64,000 nt of DNA from Bacillota bacterium (GTDB taxonomy: Bacteria; Bacillota; Desulfotomaculia; Desulfotomaculales; UBA12532), in assembly GCA_040751815.1 (NCBI GenBank), contig JBFMHQ010000001.1, forward strand, positions 4,073 through 68,072. Reading direction: 5' to 3'. Shown piece after piece: positions 61,221 through 64,000 of the stretch. Positions within the stretch are counted from its first letter, which is position 1; each line of letters starts with the position of its first letter. The notes beneath the pieces are model-generated. The model had not been told where the DNA came from, searched no databases, and saw nothing but the letters and a program-made list of their open reading frames with translations. A program made the position numbers and the translations under genes.

Positions 61221-62611
61221 TGGACCTTGACCTCGAAAACGTGGCCCGGGTCACCGGCGGCAGGCTCCTGCGCGGCAACCCACGCACCGGGGTCCGGCGC
61301 GTGGCCACCGACACGCGCACCCTGGTGCCGGGAGATCTTTTCTTTGCTCTCAGGGGGGAGCGCTATGACGGGCATGAGTTCGTGGCCCAGGCTGCCGCGC
61401 GGGGGGCAGTCGGGGTTGTGGTGCATACGCCCCCGGCAAATCTGCCCCAAACGGTAGCGCTCATCGAAGTGGCGGACACCCTGGCTGCTTTGCAAAGCCT
61501 GGCCAGATACAACCGGGAACGGAGCGGCGTGCGGTTAATCGCCGTCACCGGCAGCACGGGCAAGACCACCACCAAGGACCTGACGGCTGCGGTCCTCGCG
61601 GCCCGTTACCGCGTCCTGGCCACACGGGGCAACCTGAACAACGAGATCGGCGTGCCCCTCACCCTGCTGGAACTCGAAGCGCACCACCAGGTGGCCGTAT
61701 GCGAACTGGCGATGCGGGGGCCCGGTGAAATCGATGCCCTCTGCCGCCTTGTCCTTCCCAATGCCGGGGTCATTACCAACATCGGGGAAACCCACCTCGA
61801 GCTGCTGGGGTCGGTGGCCAGTATTGCGCAGGCCAAGGGCGAACTCCTGGAGCATATACCGCCGGACGGATTTGCGGTTCTCCATCTGGACAGCCCCTAT
61901 ATGCGCGCGCAGGCGCGGCGGTGCCGCGGCCGGGTTATCTTTTTCGGCGAGGAAGAAGGAGCCGATATCAGGCTTCTTGCTTACCATCCCGCGGACGCCG
62001 GTGCCGTTTTTGAGGCCTGCGTCCACGGGCGGGAGATGCGTTTCACCCTTCCTGTTCCAGGGCGGCACAACGCGGTCAACGCCCTGGCGGCCGTGGGGGT
62101 CGGTCTGGAAATGGGTCTCGACCCCGCCGCGATCGCGAGGGGATTGTTGACGGCCAGGCTGTCACCCATGCGCCTCAATATCCAGCGGTGCGGTTCGCTG
62201 ACCGTCATCGACGACGCTTACAATGCCAGCCCGGCCTCCGTCCAGGCAGCCCTGGACGTACTGCAGGAAGTCGGGCGGGATAGCGACCGCGTGGCGGTGC
62301 TGGGAAACATGCTGGAGCTGGGGGTCCGGGCCCGCGAAGGCCACCGTGAGGTGGGCGCGGCATGCGCTGCAGCGGGTCTCAAACTGCTGGTAACGGTGGG
62401 GGAACTGGCACAGGAGATTGCCCACGGCGCGCAAGAGGCGGGCATGCCGGCATCCGCCGTCCACGCCTGCGCCGACAACCCGGAAGCGATCCAGCTTCTG
62501 GCAAGGCTCCTTACGGGCCGTGAGGTGGTCCTGGTCAAGGGGTCGCGCGGGGCGAGGATGGAGGAGATCGTGGCCGCCCTCAGGGCAACAGGCGAGGGTA
62601 CCGCACCGTGA
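61217..62611 (+). CDS. murF: UDP-MurNAc-pentapeptide ligase
   Basis: TGSTGKTTTK, NNEIGVP, DAYNASP and KGSRG motifs. Confidence 0.96.
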   Translation: MMDLDLENVARVTGGRLLRGNPRTGVRRVATDTRTLVPGDLFFALRGERYDGHEFVAQAAARGAVGVVVHTPPANLPQTVALIEVADTLAALQSLARYNRERSGVRLIAVTGSTGKTTTKDLTAAVLAARYRVLATRGNLNNEIGVPLTLLELEAHHQVAVCELAMRGPGEIDALCRLVLPNAGVITNIGETHLELLGSVASIAQAKGELLEHIPPDGFAVLHLDSPYMRAQARRCRGRVIFFGEEEGADIRLLAYHPADAGAVFEACVHGREMRFTLPVPGRHNAVNALAAVGVGLEMGLDPAAIARGLLTARLSPMRLNIQRCGSLTVIDDAYNASPASVQAALDVLQEVGRDSDRVAVLGNMLELGVRAREGHREVGAACAAAGLKLLVTVGELAQEIAHGAQEAGMPASAVHACADNPEAIQLLARLLTGREVVLVKGSRGARMEEIVAALRATGEGTAP

Positions 62612-63615
62612 GTAAGGTGCTGGTAGCTTTCACCGCCGCCCTCCTGGTTACACTGTTGCTGGGGCCCCTGGTCATTCCGGTGCTGCACCGCCTGCGTTTC
62701 GGCCAGTGGGTGCGCGCCGACGGGCCGGCCCGCCATATGAAAAAGGCAGGCACGCCTACGATGGGCGGCGTTATCTTCCTTGCCGGGATCACAACGGGCG
62801 TCGCCCTGGTGTTATGGCTCGCGGGGCGAGACCTCCGGGTGGGCTGGCAGGAGGGACTGGTAGTTCTCGGCGTTATGCTGTGTTATGGAGCCGTTGGGCT
62901 GGTCGACGACTTTATCAAAGTCGCCCTCAAGCGCCCCCTCGGTCTCCGGGCGCGCGAAAAACTCGGCGCCCAGGTACTGGTCGCCGCCCTCCTCGCCGCG
63001 GTAGCCGTATTCGTACTCGGGCGGGACACCGACCTGGTTATCCCCTTTTCCGGTTTTTTCCGAGACGGGGGCCTGGCCTTCGATTACGGCTGGTGGTTTT
63101 TCCTGGCCTTTGCCGTCTTTACCGTGGTCGGAACCGCCAACGCGGTTAATCTCACCGACGGGTTGGACGGGCTGGCTGCGGGCTCCGTGGCCATCGCGGC
63201 GGCGGCCTTTGCTTTTCTTGCCCTGGCCGTGGACAAAACCTGGGTGGCGGTGGTTATGGCCGCCACCGCCGGTGGGTGCACCGGTTTTCTGGCCTACAAC
63301 CGGTATCCCGCGCGGGTCTTTATGGGGGACACCGGTTCCCTGGCCCTGGGCGGTGGACTGGCCGCCGCGGCGGTTGTAACCAGGAGCGAAATCTTTCTCG
63401 CGATCATCGGCGGCATCTTCGTCGTGGAAACCCTTTCGGTGATCCTGCAGGTCATTTCCTTTCAACTGTTCGGCAAGCGTATCTTTCGCATGAGCCCCCT
63501 GCACCACCACTTTGAGCTTGCCGGTTGGTCCGAGGTGCGGGTGGTTACCGTGTTTTGGACGGTGCAGCTTTTCCTGGCCGTGCTGGGTCTTCTCGGCATC
63601 TACGGCCTGGGCTGA
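62608..63615 (+). CDS. mraY: phospho-MurNAc-pentapeptide transferase
   Basis: GTPTMGG, NLTDGLDG, FMGDTGS and PLHHHFE motifs. Confidence 0.97.
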   Translation: MSKVLVAFTAALLVTLLLGPLVIPVLHRLRFGQWVRADGPARHMKKAGTPTMGGVIFLAGITTGVALVLWLAGRDLRVGWQEGLVVLGVMLCYGAVGLVDDFIKVALKRPLGLRAREKLGAQVLVAALLAAVAVFVLGRDTDLVIPFSGFFRDGGLAFDYGWWFFLAFAVFTVVGTANAVNLTDGLDGLAAGSVAIAAAAFAFLALAVDKTWVAVVMAATAGGCTGFLAYNRYPARVFMGDTGSLALGGGLAAAAVVTRSEIFLAIIGGIFVVETLSVILQVISFQLFGKRIFRMSPLHHHFELAGWSEVRVVTVFWTVQLFLAVLGLLGIYGLG

Positions 63616-63638
63616 AAAAAAGGAAGGGAAGGAAGACA

Positions 63639-64000
63639 TTGTTCGCGGGACGAAAGATCCTGGTCGTCGGGGCGGGAAAAACGGGAGTTGCTACCAGCAA
63701 CTTTCTGGCGCGCCGGGGCGCCCTGGTGACCCTTACCGATATCAAACCGTCCGCAGAGCTGAAAGAAAGTCTGGCGGGGCTGCCTCCCGGGGTAAAATTT
63801 GTCCTTGGCGGATATCCGCCGGTTACGCCCGCCCTCTGGGACCTGGTGGTGGTCAGCCCCGGCGTGCCGCCGGCGGCCGCGCCGGTGGCCGCGGCCCGGA
63901 CCGCCGGCATACCGGTGACGGGCGAGCTTGAACTGGCCTTCCGGCTGACGCGCGCGACGGTGGTTGCCATTACCGGTACCAACGGCAAGACCACCACCAC
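63639..64000 (+). CDS. murD: UDP-MurNAc-L-Ala:D-Glu ligase, 5' part (truncated by window end)
   Basis: TTG 63639 gives LFAGRKILVVGAGKTG...VVVSPGVP...ITGTNGKTTT; not in the ORF track because there is no stop in the window. Confidence 0.93.
   Translation, partial: MFAGRKILVVGAGKTGVATSNFLARRGALVTLTDIKPSAELKESLAGLPPGVKFVLGGYPPVTPALWDLVVVSPGVPPAAAPVAAARTAGIPVTGELELAFRLTRATVVAITGTNGKTTT

Overview
GC-rich chromosomal window of a spore-forming, probably thermophilic anaerobic Firmicute (Desulfotomaculum/Ammonifex-like; inferred from gene content). It is mostly conserved housekeeping and sporulation backbone: murI-rph-rdgB, six tRNAs, tig-clpP-clpX-lonB-lon, valS-folC, a germinant-receptor locus, maf-radC-mreBCD-mrdA-minCDE-rodA, spoIVFAB, rng, rplU-rpmA and the start of the dcw cluster (mraZ to murD). 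The accessory material is concentrated at about 11-16 kb. Two tRNA spacers there are filled end to end by long heptamer-repeat hairpins, and a third spacer shares their motifs. A lexA / Y-family polymerase / small Cys-rich YolD-like cassette sits under two perfect SOS boxes next to integrase arm-like repeats, and two unannotated small ORFs have strong RBSs. Three genes appear disrupted: a PocR histidine kinase (G6 frameshift), a gerAB paralogue (in-frame TGA) and maf (two frameshifts). No CRISPR array, rRNA, transposase or integrase was seen. All family assignments come from motif recognition by eye, not database searches.
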